DNA of 64,000 nucleotides from Acidobacteriota bacterium (GTDB lineage: Bacteria; Acidobacteriota; UBA890; WLXD01). The DNA is taken from the NCBI GenBank assembly GCA_963666055.2, contig CAXWPH010000002.1, positions 32,001-96,000 of the forward strand, read 5' to 3'. How positions within the stretch are numbered: the stretch's first letter is position 1; every line of letters begins with the position of its first letter. A program made the translations under genes and the position numbers. Shown one piece after another: positions 14,547-23,324 of this stretch. A model generated the notes under the pieces. The model had not been told where the DNA came from and made no database searches. It saw nothing but the letters and a program-made list of their open reading frames with translations.

Positions 14547-15620
14547 CTACGCCTTGCCGGCCACGGCGGTCGCCTGCAGGCGCTCAAGGACTGCGGACCC
14601 CGCTATCGCGGTGTCGATCGCCCCCGTGGAGTCTAGGTCGCGCGGCAGGAACCCATCGTGCAGCGCGGCGTCGACCGCCGCCTCTACAGCGGCCGCCTCC
14701 GCCTGGAGGCCAAGCGAGTGTCGCAGGAGCATCGCCACGCTGAGGATGGCTGCATACGGATTGGCAACCCCCTGCCCAGCGATATCGGGTGCCGACCCAT
14801 GTACCGGCTCGTAGAGGCCACGCTGGCCGATCCCCAGGGACGCGGATGGGAGCATGCCCAGCGATCCAACCAGTACGGCCGCCTCGTCCGACAGAATGTC
14901 GCCGAACATGTTCTCGGTGACGATGATATCGAAGTCCGCCGGGCGGGTCACCAGGTGCATCGCCATGGAGTCGACCAGACCGTGCTCGAGGGTGATGTCG
15001 GGAAACTCGTCGGCAGCGATCGTGCTGGCCGTCTCCCGCCACAGCCGCGAGGTATCGAGTACGTTCGCCTTGTCGACAGAGGTTACGAGTTGCCGCCGCT
15101 CGCCGGCCATCTGACAGGCGATCCGGACCACCCTCGCGATCTCGGCACGGGTGTACACGCAGGTGTCGAATGCACGATCGGCGTCGCGGCCACGCTCACC
15201 GTAATAGAGGCCGCCGGTGAGCTCACGTACGATCATCAGGTCCACGCCGTGGAGGTATTCCGGGCGTATCGGGGAGGCGTCGGTCAGCGACTCGTGCGTA
15301 CGGATTGGTCGGAGGTTGACGAACAGCTCCAGCTCACTGCGCAGCCTGAGCAGCCCATTCTCGGGTCGCAGGTCCTGGCCGTCGAACCGCGGGTGGCCGA
15401 CGGCGCCCAACAGCACCGCGTCGGCGTCGCGACAGAGCTCGACCGTGGCTGCCGGAAGGGGGTCGTCAGCAGCATCGATCGCCTCACCGCCGATGGCGGC
15501 ACGCCGCACCTCGAACGTGTGGCCGTACAGCTCGCCGAGCTTCTCGAGCACACGGAGCGCCTGTTCACATACCTCGGGTCCGACGCCGTCGCCGCTCAGC
15601 ACGGCGATCAGCGATCTCAT
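14547..15620 (-). CDS. leuB: 3-isopropylmalate dehydrogenase
   Basis: GDGVGPEV, VRELTGGLYYG, SVDKANVL, NMFGDILSDEA, EPVHGSAPDIAG; ATG at 15620 overlaps the leuD stop. Confidence 0.96.
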   Translation of the reverse strand: MRSLIAVLSGDGVGPEVCEQALRVLEKLGELYGHTFEVRRAAIGGEAIDAADDPLPAATVELCRDADAVLLGAVGHPRFDGQDLRPENGLLRLRSELELFVNLRPIRTHESLTDASPIRPEYLHGVDLMIVRELTGGLYYGERGRDADRAFDTCVYTRAEIARVVRIACQMAGERRQLVTSVDKANVLDTSRLWRETASTIAADEFPDITLEHGLVDSMAMHLVTRPADFDIIVTENMFGDILSDEAAVLVGSLGMLPSASLGIGQRGLYEPVHGSAPDIAGQGVANPYAAILSVAMLLRHSLGLQAEAAAVEAAVDAALHDGFLPRDLDSTGAIDTAIAGSAVLERLQATAVAGKA

Positions 15621-16207
15621 GGCCGTGGCTCGAGACGGCGCTCGAATGCAGCGATTGCGTCCTCCTTGGAGCGCAGGAATCCGAGCTCGTCGGTTCCCTC
15701 CAGTAGACAGCGGCGCGCGAACGGATCGATCTCGAAGGTTACCGACGTACCTCCCGGCAGGTCGACGCGACGCTCCACGAGGTCGATGGTGACGGTGCCG
15801 AACCCAGCTTCCAGCAACTGCCCCAAGCTTTCGGCGGCAACATCGATTGCCAGCAGCCTGTTCTTGAGCGCGTTGGCGCGGAAGATGTCGGCGATGCTTG
15901 TGCTGATCACGGCACGGAACCCGTTGTCCACCAGGGCCCACGGAGCGTGTTCACGTGACGAGCCGCAACCGAAGTTCTCGCCTGCCACAAGTACCTGAGC
16001 TCCGCGCGCATCGTCGTGATTGAGTGGAAAGTCGGCGCGCTGGTTCCCCTGCTCGTCGACGCGCCAGTCAGCGAACAAACCCTCGGCTAGGCCGCTACGA
16101 TCCGTCACCGTCAGGTAGCGGGCGGGAATAATCCGATCGGTGTCTATGTCCTGCATCGGCAACGCGACAAACGGCGATGTCACTACGGTGAACGGCTCGA
16201 AGCTCAT
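15617..16207 (-). CDS. leuD: 3-isopropylmalate dehydratase small subunit
   Basis: [41 protein letters not shown]. Confidence 0.95.
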   Translation of the reverse strand: MSFEPFTVVTSPFVALPMQDIDTDRIIPARYLTVTDRSGLAEGLFADWRVDEQGNQRADFPLNHDDARGAQVLVAGENFGCGSSREHAPWALVDNGFRAVISTSIADIFRANALKNRLLAIDVAAESLGQLLEAGFGTVTIDLVERRVDLPGGTSVTFEIDPFARRCLLEGTDELGFLRSKEDAIAAFERRLEPRP

Positions 16208-17601
16208 GCCAGCAACTCCCGGGGGTCGGCCACGCAGCCCGCCACGGCGCTGGCTGCGGCGGTTAGCGGGCTTGCCAGGAACGTGCGCCCGCCGCGCCCC
16301 TGTCGGCCCTCGAAGTTCCGGTTGCTGGTGCTTACGCAATACTGTCCTGCCTCGAGCGCGTCGCCGTTCATGGCGATGCACATGGAGCAGCCGGAATCTC
16401 TCCACTCGGCGCCAGCCTCTCGAAACACTCGATCGAGGCCCTCGGATTCAGCCTGTCGCTTGACTGCCGCCGATCCCGGCACGACCACCATACGCACACC
16501 GTCAGCGACGCGTCTGGTTTTCAAGATGCTTGCCGCCGCCCGCAGGTCCGAGATGCGGGAGTTTGTGCAACTGCCAACGAACACTACGTCGATCGGATGA
16601 TCGAGCAGCGGTACCCCTGGCTCGAGCCCCATGTAGCTCAGGGCGCGCTCAATTGCCGCATCGCCGTTGGGCGCTGGCACCTCACCGTGCAACGGGATGC
16701 TCATGCCAGGATTGGTGCCGTAGGTGACCATTGGTTCGATCTCGGCCGCGGGCATCGAAACCTCGCGGTCGAATACCGCGTCGGCGTCGCTGTGGAGCTC
16801 CCGCCATCGCGCCACGGTTGCGTCCCAGTCGTCGGCGCTCGGCGCGTGAGGGCGGCCGGCGAGGTACTCGAACGTGGTCTCGTCGGGAGCGATCAAGCCG
16901 GCACGGGCACCAGCTTCGATGGACATGTTGCAGACCGTCATGCGACCCTCCATCGATAGCCTGCGCACTGCATCGCCGACGTACTCGATCACGTGCTCGG
17001 TCGCCCCGCCGACGCCGATCTGTTGGATCAGCGCCAGCACCAGATCCTTGGCCGTTACTCCCTTTTGCAGGCTCCCTTCGACCCGCACGCGCATGGTCTT
17101 CGACTTGCGTTGCAGTAGGCATTGCGTGGCTAGCACATGGGCTACCTGGCTAGTGCCGATACCGAACGCCAGAGCGCCGAAAGCACCGTGGGTGCTGGTG
17201 TGGCTATCGCCACAAACGATGGTCATACCGGGCTGCGTGAGCCCCAGTTCCGGGCCTATGACGTGAACGATGCCCTGCTCCGGGGCACCGAGCTCATACA
17301 GCCGGATCTGGTGCTCGCCACAGTTGCTCGCCAGGCACTCGACCTGGATCCGCGCCTGGTCCGTTACATAGAGGAAATCGCCTGCATCGTCGCGCCGCGT
17401 GGGGGTGGAATGATCCATCGTGGCGACGGTCAGATCCGGTCGGCGCACCGCAAGGCCGTCGGAGCGCAGACGGTCGAACGCCTGCGGCGAGGTGACCTCG
17501 TGGATCAAGTGAAGGTCGACGTAGAGCACCGCGGGCGTATCGGTGGATTCGGGTCGTACGAGGTGCGCGTCCCACAGCTTGTCGTACAGCGTCGACGGCA
17601 T
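16204..17601 (-). CDS. leuC: 3-isopropylmalate dehydratase large subunit
   Basis: [50 protein letters not shown]. Confidence 0.96.
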   Translation of the reverse strand: MPSTLYDKLWDAHLVRPESTDTPAVLYVDLHLIHEVTSPQAFDRLRSDGLAVRRPDLTVATMDHSTPTRRDDAGDFLYVTDQARIQVECLASNCGEHQIRLYELGAPEQGIVHVIGPELGLTQPGMTIVCGDSHTSTHGAFGALAFGIGTSQVAHVLATQCLLQRKSKTMRVRVEGSLQKGVTAKDLVLALIQQIGVGGATEHVIEYVGDAVRRLSMEGRMTVCNMSIEAGARAGLIAPDETTFEYLAGRPHAPSADDWDATVARWRELHSDADAVFDREVSMPAAEIEPMVTYGTNPGMSIPLHGEVPAPNGDAAIERALSYMGLEPGVPLLDHPIDVVFVGSCTNSRISDLRAAASILKTRRVADGVRMVVVPGSAAVKRQAESEGLDRVFREAGAEWRDSGCSMCIAMNGDALEAGQYCVSTSNRNFEGRQGRGGRTFLASPLTAAASAVAGCVADPRELLA

Positions 17602-17605
17602 GGTG

Positions 17606-19192
17606 TCAGCGCGCGTCGGCATGTTTGCGTGAGCGCCGCGGCTCCGCGACCTCTTTGGGCGTCGGTGTGGCCAACTGCGGCACCTCGTCGGCAAGGACCT
17701 GGTTGACCAGGCTCATGTAGGCGTCTGCACTGGCCTCGATGACGTCGGTGCTCACCGCACGGGCACGATATAGGCGACCGTCGCGCATGGTCTCGATCGT
17801 GACCTCGCCCTGGGCGTCCTTTCCCCGGGTGACGCTCTGAACGTTGTAGTCGTGCAGCTCGACACGCACCCCAGTAGCGCGGTCCATCGCCTTGAAAAGT
17901 GAATCCACCGGCCCGTCGCCGCACGCTGCTTCCTGCCGCTCCTCGCCGTCTCGGTGCTCGATTCTGACTTCCGCCACGTGCTGAATGCCCTTGCCGGCGA
18001 TGGTCTGGAAGCCGACGATGCTCCAGACTTGCGGCGTATCCTGTAGGCAGTCGTCGATCAGCGCCCGAATGTCGGCGTCGTACACGGTGCGCTTCACGTC
18101 GGCCAGCTTCTTGAACTCGGCGAACACCTCCACGAGCTGATCCTCGTCGAGCTCGAAACCCATCTTCTCGACGTGACTGCGGAAGGCGTGGCGACCGCTG
18201 TGCTTGCCCAGCACGAGGTTGCTCGCACCTACCCCAACATCCTCGGGGCGCATGATCTCGTAGGTCGAGTGGTGCATCAGCATGCCGTGCTGGTGGATGC
18301 CGGCTTCATGAGCGAACGCGTTATCGCCCACGATCGCCTTGTTACGCTGCACCGCCAGGCCGGTAATATTCGAGAGCAGCTGACTCGTGGGGTACAGTTT
18401 GGTGGCGTCGATGGCAGTATCGAGCTCAAAGAAGTCGCTGCGCGTGCGGAGCGCCATCACGACCTCCTCTAGCGAGCAATTGCCAGCCCGCTCGCCGATA
18501 CCGTTGATGGTGCATTCCACCTGCCGGGCGCCGGCGCTGAGCGCCGCGACCGTGTTGGCTACCGCGAGCCCGAGATCGTCGTGGCAATGAACGCTCAACA
18601 CCGCGTCGGCGAGCTCCTCGACCCGCTCTCGCAACCCAGCAATGCGTTCAGCGAACTCGCTCGGTACCGCGTAGCCGACGGTGTCAGGGATATTGATCGT
18701 CGTAGCGCCGGCCTGAAGCGCGCAGCGTACGACCTCATCGAGAAAGTCGGGCTCGGTTCGTGAGGCGTCCTCGGGAGAAAATTCTACGTCGTCGCAAAGG
18801 CTCCGGGCGAGCTCAACCGATTCCGCCGTGCGCCGCAGGATCTCTTCCTTGGCCATCTTGAGCTTGTGCTCTCGGTGGATCGCGCTGGTGGCCAAGAAGA
18901 CGTGCAATCGAGGACGGCCCGACTCTTTCACCGCCTCCCAGGCGCGTTCGATGTCCTTGCTGTTACAGCGTGCGAGCCCGGCGATTATCGGTCCGTCGAT
19001 GTTGCGCGCCACGGCGCGCACTGCTTCGAAGTCGCCCGGCGAGGCGATCGGGAAACCCGCCTCGATGATGTCGACACCGAGGTCGGCCAGCGCCTCCGCC
19101 ATGCGCAGCTTTTCGGGGATATTCATGCTCGCGCCGGGAGACTGCTCTCCGTCGCGCAGCGTTGTGTCGAAGATCAGAACGCGACCGCTCAT
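17606..19192 (-). CDS. leuA: 2-isopropylmalate synthase
   Basis: [44 protein letters not shown]-terminal allosteric domain with GDGPVD. Confidence 0.96.
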   Translation of the reverse strand: MSGRVLIFDTTLRDGEQSPGASMNIPEKLRMAEALADLGVDIIEAGFPIASPGDFEAVRAVARNIDGPIIAGLARCNSKDIERAWEAVKESGRPRLHVFLATSAIHREHKLKMAKEEILRRTAESVELARSLCDDVEFSPEDASRTEPDFLDEVVRCALQAGATTINIPDTVGYAVPSEFAERIAGLRERVEELADAVLSVHCHDDLGLAVANTVAALSAGARQVECTINGIGERAGNCSLEEVVMALRTRSDFFELDTAIDATKLYPTSQLLSNITGLAVQRNKAIVGDNAFAHEAGIHQHGMLMHHSTYEIMRPEDVGVGASNLVLGKHSGRHAFRSHVEKMGFELDEDQLVEVFAEFKKLADVKRTVYDADIRALIDDCLQDTPQVWSIVGFQTIAGKGIQHVAEVRIEHRDGEERQEAACGDGPVDSLFKAMDRATGVRVELHDYNVQSVTRGKDAQGEVTIETMRDGRLYRARAVSTDVIEASADAYMSLVNQVLADEVPQLATPTPKEVAEPRRSRKHADAR

Positions 19193-19253
19193 GGTGTTTC
19201 CTCACATCGGAGGTCGACTATTTCGGGGTATGAGATCGAGATCATTTGGGCAC

Positions 19254-19286
19254 AAGAAAAGCCCCGCCCTGACTCAGGGACGGGGC
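19254..19286 (-). terminator. Attenuator terminator of the leu operon
   Basis: Minus-strand hairpin GCCCCGTCCCTGAGTCAGGGCGGGGC followed by TTTTCTT, about 60 nt upstream of leuA. Confidence 0.85.
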
Positions 19287-19302
19287 GTCGATCGTACGCT
19301 GG

Positions 19303-19395
19303 CTAAGTGGATCGAGCGCCCCTCCCCAGAAGGAGGAGCGGGCTAAGAGCGAGAGCATCCCGGCTGTTGCCGTGGCTCGGAAACATGTCGTGCAT
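19303..19395 (-). CDS. leuL: leu operon leader peptide (30 aa; alternative start at 19386)
   Basis: Hand translation MHDMFPSHGNSRDALALSPLLLLGRGARST* with tandem Leu codons CTC CTC CTT CTG directly upstream of the antiterminator and terminator. Confidence 0.85.
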   Translation of the reverse strand: MHDMFPSHGNSRDALALSPLLLLGRGARST

Positions 19396-19565
19396 GGCTT
19401 CGATCCGCCAGTTGTCATGCCGGTGGGCGCTGCGTCAGGGTCGGCGCTCGCGCGGCAGTCTGTCAGGCTGCGAAGTATGGTGTGCGGCGGGTGGTTGAGT
19501 CAACACGCCGCCATCCCACGTTCGCCGGCCGACCGATCCGGATGCTGGACAGAGCGATCCCGCCA

Positions 19566-21650
19566 TCACTCGACGGTAGCTTCATCTGCGTCGTCGTCGG
19601 GAGCCTTGGGGGCTGAGAACAGACCGGCCGCCAGCCGCTGGAAGCCCTCCACGGTAAGCGACTGGGCGCCATCGCTGAGAGCCTCGTCGGGTCGCGGATG
19701 CATCTCCACCATCACGCCTTGCGCTCCCGCCGCCAGCGCTGCCCGCGCCAAAGGTGCCACCCAGCGGCGCACACCAGCAGCGTGCGACGGGTCAACGATT
19801 ACCGGTAGGTGGGTGCGCTCACGTACCACCGGGATTGCCGTGAGGTCGAGCGTCCCGCGGGTCGCCGTCTCGAAAGTGCGGATGCCACGCTCGCACAGGA
19901 TCACATCCTGGTTGCCCTGCGCCAGGATGTACTCGGCGGCGGCGATCCACTCGTCGATCGACGACATCATGCCGCGCTTCAGCAAGACCGGACGCTGCGT
20001 CAGCCCGACCTCGCGCAGTAGTGCGAAGTTCTGCATGTTGCGAGCTCCGACTTGCAGCACGTCGGCATGCTCCGCGACGCGCTGGACGTCGGACGTGTGG
20101 AGCACCTCGGTGACGATCGGAAGACCGTACTCCCGTCCTGCCTCCACGAGTAGATCAAGGCCGTCGTAGCCGAGCCCCTGGAAGGAGTACGGGGATGTGC
20201 GAGGCTTGAAGCAGCCGCCGCGGAGCATCGCCCCGCCGGCCTGGCGTACGGCTGCGGCGCAGGCGTGGATCTGCTCGCGGGATTCGACTGAGCAGGGACC
20301 CCCGATCAGTATCGGCTCCGGGCCGCCGACCGCCACGTCGCCGATTCGCACCACGGTGTCTTCGGCGCGCGTCGATCTGGAAGCGAGCCTGTAGGGCTTT
20401 TTCTCCAGCTGCGCTATGAGCATCGCTTGCTCGTCGTCGACCGATGGTTCGACCGCTGTTTCAATAACCGGTTTGGCAGTTATGGGTACGTTGAGCTTGG
20501 TACTTTCCGTCAGGGCGGCATGCGTAGGGTACGAGCCGAGTACCTTCAGGAAACGCGTTCGTGCCGCCACCGCGGTGAGCGCGCTCTGCACGTTGTCGTC
20601 AGCGACGTTGCCCTCGAAGTCCAAGTAAAAGAGGTACTCCCACGGCGCCCGTCGCCGTGGCCTCGACTCGAGTTTGGTGAGGTTGAGGTCATGATCGGCA
20701 AGCACCTGCAAGCACGCCGCAAGCGCGCCGTGCTCGTGTCGTGTGGCCAGCATCAGCGATGTCTTGCACGGGATGCGCGGATCGCACTTCAGCGGCTCGC
20801 GTGCCACCACCAGGAAACGCGTGTAGTTCTCGGCCACGTTGGCGAGGTCGCGGCGGATCACCGTCAGCCCGTGCAGTCGCGCCGCCTCCTCGCTTGCGAT
20901 CGCCGCCTGCGACAGATCGCGCTCCCGAACGATGCGCTCGACCGCCATCGCGGTGTCGGTGTACGACTCCGCCTGACACCTCGGCAACGAGTCGATGAAC
21001 TCACTGCACTGGGCCAGCGCCTGCGGGTGCGAAACGATACGGCGAATGCTCTCGATGGGTACCGATTCGATCGCTACGAGGCAGTGCTCTATACGTAGGA
21101 CCTCTTCTCCCACCGCCGACAGTATTGAGCTCCCAAGCAGATCATAGGCTTCGTTGACCGAGCCCGCGGTGCTGTTTTCGACCGGCAAGATGGCGTAGCG
21201 GGCGCGCCCTTCTTGCACCGCTTGCAGCGTTTCCCGGAAAGAGGGGAAACCGATGAACTGGACCTCGCCCGGTCGTTCTGCGAAGTAGCGCTTGCCGGCG
21301 ATCTGACTGTAGGCACCGGCGCTACCCTGGTAGCTAACATACAGCGTCTCGCCGCGCGTTTCCGGGTCCGACAGCTCGACGAGATGTGATGTCTGGTGGC
21401 GCACCGACTGCTCCAGAATGCGGTGGAATATGGCCGTGACGTATCCGGGGTCGAGCCCCTGCCGGGCGCCCTCCTCGGTGAGCGCGCCCAACAGGAGCCG
21501 TTCACGTTCGGGGTCGCGAGGTGATGCCCCGGTGGCTGCCTTGGACGCAGCAGCCTCGGCGACCATCCGTTGGCGCTCGGCGAGCGCGCTCACCAGACGC
21601 CGGTCGATCTTGTCGAGCTCGCCTCGTATGCGTTCCAGGTCGGTTCCCAT
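19566..21650 (-). CDS. pheA: Trifunctional chorismate mutase / prephenate dehydratase (with ACT) / DAHP synthase (type I-beta) fusion
   Basis: N-terminal AroQ-type CM (LERIRGELDKIDRRLV..LAER, RDPERE); PDT (YQGSAGAYS, PVENSTAGSV, SHPQALAQC, NYTRF); ACT (NLTKLESRP); DAHPS (GPCSVES, FKPRTSPYSFQG, GARNMQNF, CERGIRTF, DPSHAAG). Confidence 0.92.
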   Translation of the reverse strand: MGTDLERIRGELDKIDRRLVSALAERQRMVAEAAASKAATGASPRDPERERLLLGALTEEGARQGLDPGYVTAIFHRILEQSVRHQTSHLVELSDPETRGETLYVSYQGSAGAYSQIAGKRYFAERPGEVQFIGFPSFRETLQAVQEGRARYAILPVENSTAGSVNEAYDLLGSSILSAVGEEVLRIEHCLVAIESVPIESIRRIVSHPQALAQCSEFIDSLPRCQAESYTDTAMAVERIVRERDLSQAAIASEEAARLHGLTVIRRDLANVAENYTRFLVVAREPLKCDPRIPCKTSLMLATRHEHGALAACLQVLADHDLNLTKLESRPRRRAPWEYLFYLDFEGNVADDNVQSALTAVAARTRFLKVLGSYPTHAALTESTKLNVPITAKPVIETAVEPSVDDEQAMLIAQLEKKPYRLASRSTRAEDTVVRIGDVAVGGPEPILIGGPCSVESREQIHACAAAVRQAGGAMLRGGCFKPRTSPYSFQGLGYDGLDLLVEAGREYGLPIVTEVLHTSDVQRVAEHADVLQVGARNMQNFALLREVGLTQRPVLLKRGMMSSIDEWIAAAEYILAQGNQDVILCERGIRTFETATRGTLDLTAIPVVRERTHLPVIVDPSHAAGVRRWVAPLARAALAAGAQGVMVEMHPRPDEALSDGAQSLTVEGFQRLAAGLFSAPKAPDDDADEATVE

Positions 21651-21682
21651 CTGGTTGCTCCTCGTTGCGGCTTTCAGGCCAC

Positions 21683-21712
21683 AAAAAAACCCGCCGGGCT
21701 GCCCCGGCGGGT
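21683..21712 (-). terminator. Attenuator terminator upstream of the pheA fusion
   Basis: Minus-strand ACCCGCCGGG-GCAG-CCCGGCGGGT stem running into a 7-T tract, about 30 nt before the ATG. Confidence 0.9.
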
Positions 21713-21734
21713 CGCGGCCGAGGATCGTTTTCGG

Positions 21735-21860
21735 CTACACGACCCGCAGGCTCCCGCGGGTAAACAAAAAGAACGCGCAGTCCTGAGTCAGCACGGCCGC
21801 GCTGACCGCTGTGCGGGTCGCGCGAGCATCGCGTGATTGTCTGGAGGCGTCGTTGAACAT
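21735..21860 (-). CDS. pheL: Phe leader peptide (41 aa)
   Basis: Hand translation MFNDASRQSRDARATRTAVSAAVLTQDCAFFLFTRGSLRVV* with Phe cluster TTC TTT TTG TTT just before the alternative hairpins. Confidence 0.8.
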   Translation of the reverse strand: MFNDASRQSRDARATRTAVSAAVLTQDCAFFLFTRGSLRVV

Positions 21861-22100
21861 GGCCTGACGATCCGCCATTGCGCCGGTCGCTGTCAAGGCC
21901 CCCGCCCTTCGGCCTCGAACCGAAGCTGCCAGGGCTGGTCAACGCGGCCGACTTGCACCGCTCCCTGACGTTCTCCAACATCTGGACATGGGCGATTCGA
22001 GTCTCGGCGGGAACCTTGCGGCCATCTGGATCAAGAGGTCCCAGCGCGGTCCGATGGACGCCGGCGAGACGGTGCCGTGTCGCTTGATGGACGAGGTGCC

Positions 22101-22769
22101 GTGATCCGGGCTGCCGTCTTCGATCTGGATGGCCTGTTGATCGACTCCGAGCCCTTCTGGCAGCAAGCCGAGGCCGAGGGCTTTGGCGCCGCCGGCCTGA
22201 GCCTGTCGCCAAGCGATCTGCGCCAGACGGTTGGCCGGCGTATCGACGAGGTGGTGGCCTATTGGCTCGAGCGGCGCCCGTGGGACGTCGAACGCCATCC
22301 TCCAGAGAGCGTGCAGGGCAGCATCGTCGAGCGCGTCATCGACCTCATCGAAACGCGTGGCGAGCCGATGCCTGGCGTGCTGTCGGCGGTGAGCCTCTTC
22401 GAAAGCCTCGATCTGCTTCTTGCCGTGGCCTCGTCGTCCTCCAGGCGCATTATCGAGGCCGTATTGGGCCGTTTACGAATGAATGATCGGTTCGCGGTAG
22501 TGCACTCGGCGGAGCTCGAGTCACGCGGCAAGCCCGACCCTGCCGTGTTCCTCACCGCGGCTCGCAAGCTCGGCGTCTCGCCAGGGGAGTGCGTGGCGCT
22601 GGAGGACTCGATAATAGGCCTGCGCGCCGCTCGCGCTGCCGGCATGCGCTGCATCATGGTGCCCGATCCACGCCTTCGCGATGATCCGGCGCTCGGACAA
22701 GCCGACCTGGTGCTCGATACGCTGGCCCAGCTCGACGCCGAAATGCTACGCCGCGCCGTCGACGTCTAG
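22101..22769 (+). CDS. HAD-family phosphatase (HxpB/YniC-like)
   Basis: AAVFDLDGLLIDSEP, VASSS, GKPDPAVFL, LEDS..G..AARAAGM; GTG start after GAGG. Confidence 0.88.
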   Translation: MIRAAVFDLDGLLIDSEPFWQQAEAEGFGAAGLSLSPSDLRQTVGRRIDEVVAYWLERRPWDVERHPPESVQGSIVERVIDLIETRGEPMPGVLSAVSLFESLDLLLAVASSSSRRIIEAVLGRLRMNDRFAVVHSAELESRGKPDPAVFLTAARKLGVSPGECVALEDSIIGLRAARAAGMRCIMVPDPRLRDDPALGQADLVLDTLAQLDAEMLRRAVDV

Positions 22770-23046
22770 CAGGCCGTGGTGGAAGTGTGGCGGGCCTGGC
22801 GACAGGGTCTTGCGAGGAGGAGGCAAGGAGAGAGGAGGAGGCGATGGCTACCCCATCGTTGACGAGGAACGACGCAGCATAGGCGCGCAACCCCCTATCG
22901 CCCGGAGGGTTACGGCGATTTGGGGTCATCTGCGACGTTGGCCCTTCTGGACGATGGCTGGAGCATTGCCGGCGTCAGGCCGCCTTCCATCTGACCCCAA
23001 CTCGCCGCAACCAGGCCCGCTACACTTCCACCACGGCCTGCTCTAG
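22766..23046. mobile_element. Palindromic MITE-like element E1 (271 bp, 22770-23040) at the CTAG stop of the HAD gene
   Basis: 30-bp TIR CAGGCCGTGGTGGAAGTGTGGCGGGCCTGG (29/30 match to the right end), flanked by CTAG and CTCTAG; inverted homolog at 30005-30283; no transposase. Confidence 0.85.
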
Positions 23047-23324
23047 CAGATCTTCAGCACCCCGCTGCCGGGTCGCGCTGCCGTCTGCGCTCGCTTCATT
23101 GATTCAACAGTCTGGCAACGGCAGGGAGGACGTGTCGACGCTACTTCCGCAAGGCCGATCACGGGATTGCGTCAGCTACTACTTCCGCGCCGCCACACGT
23201 ACTCGTATGATCGCCGGAGCGAGGGGGTGAGCATGCGCTTCGAGCTCCAGGCCGGTCGGTGGATACGACCTGTGCTCGAGGAGCCTGACCGGTTCGTCGA
23301 AGAGATCAGCCGGCGCGTTTCGTC

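Noticed and set aside
22654-23046. ORFs over E1 and E2 (e.g. 22681-23046, 30039-30239, 30120-30530) with mutually similar translations
   Set aside because: The similarity comes from the repeated DNA element; the frames are not conserved between copies and show no transposase motifs
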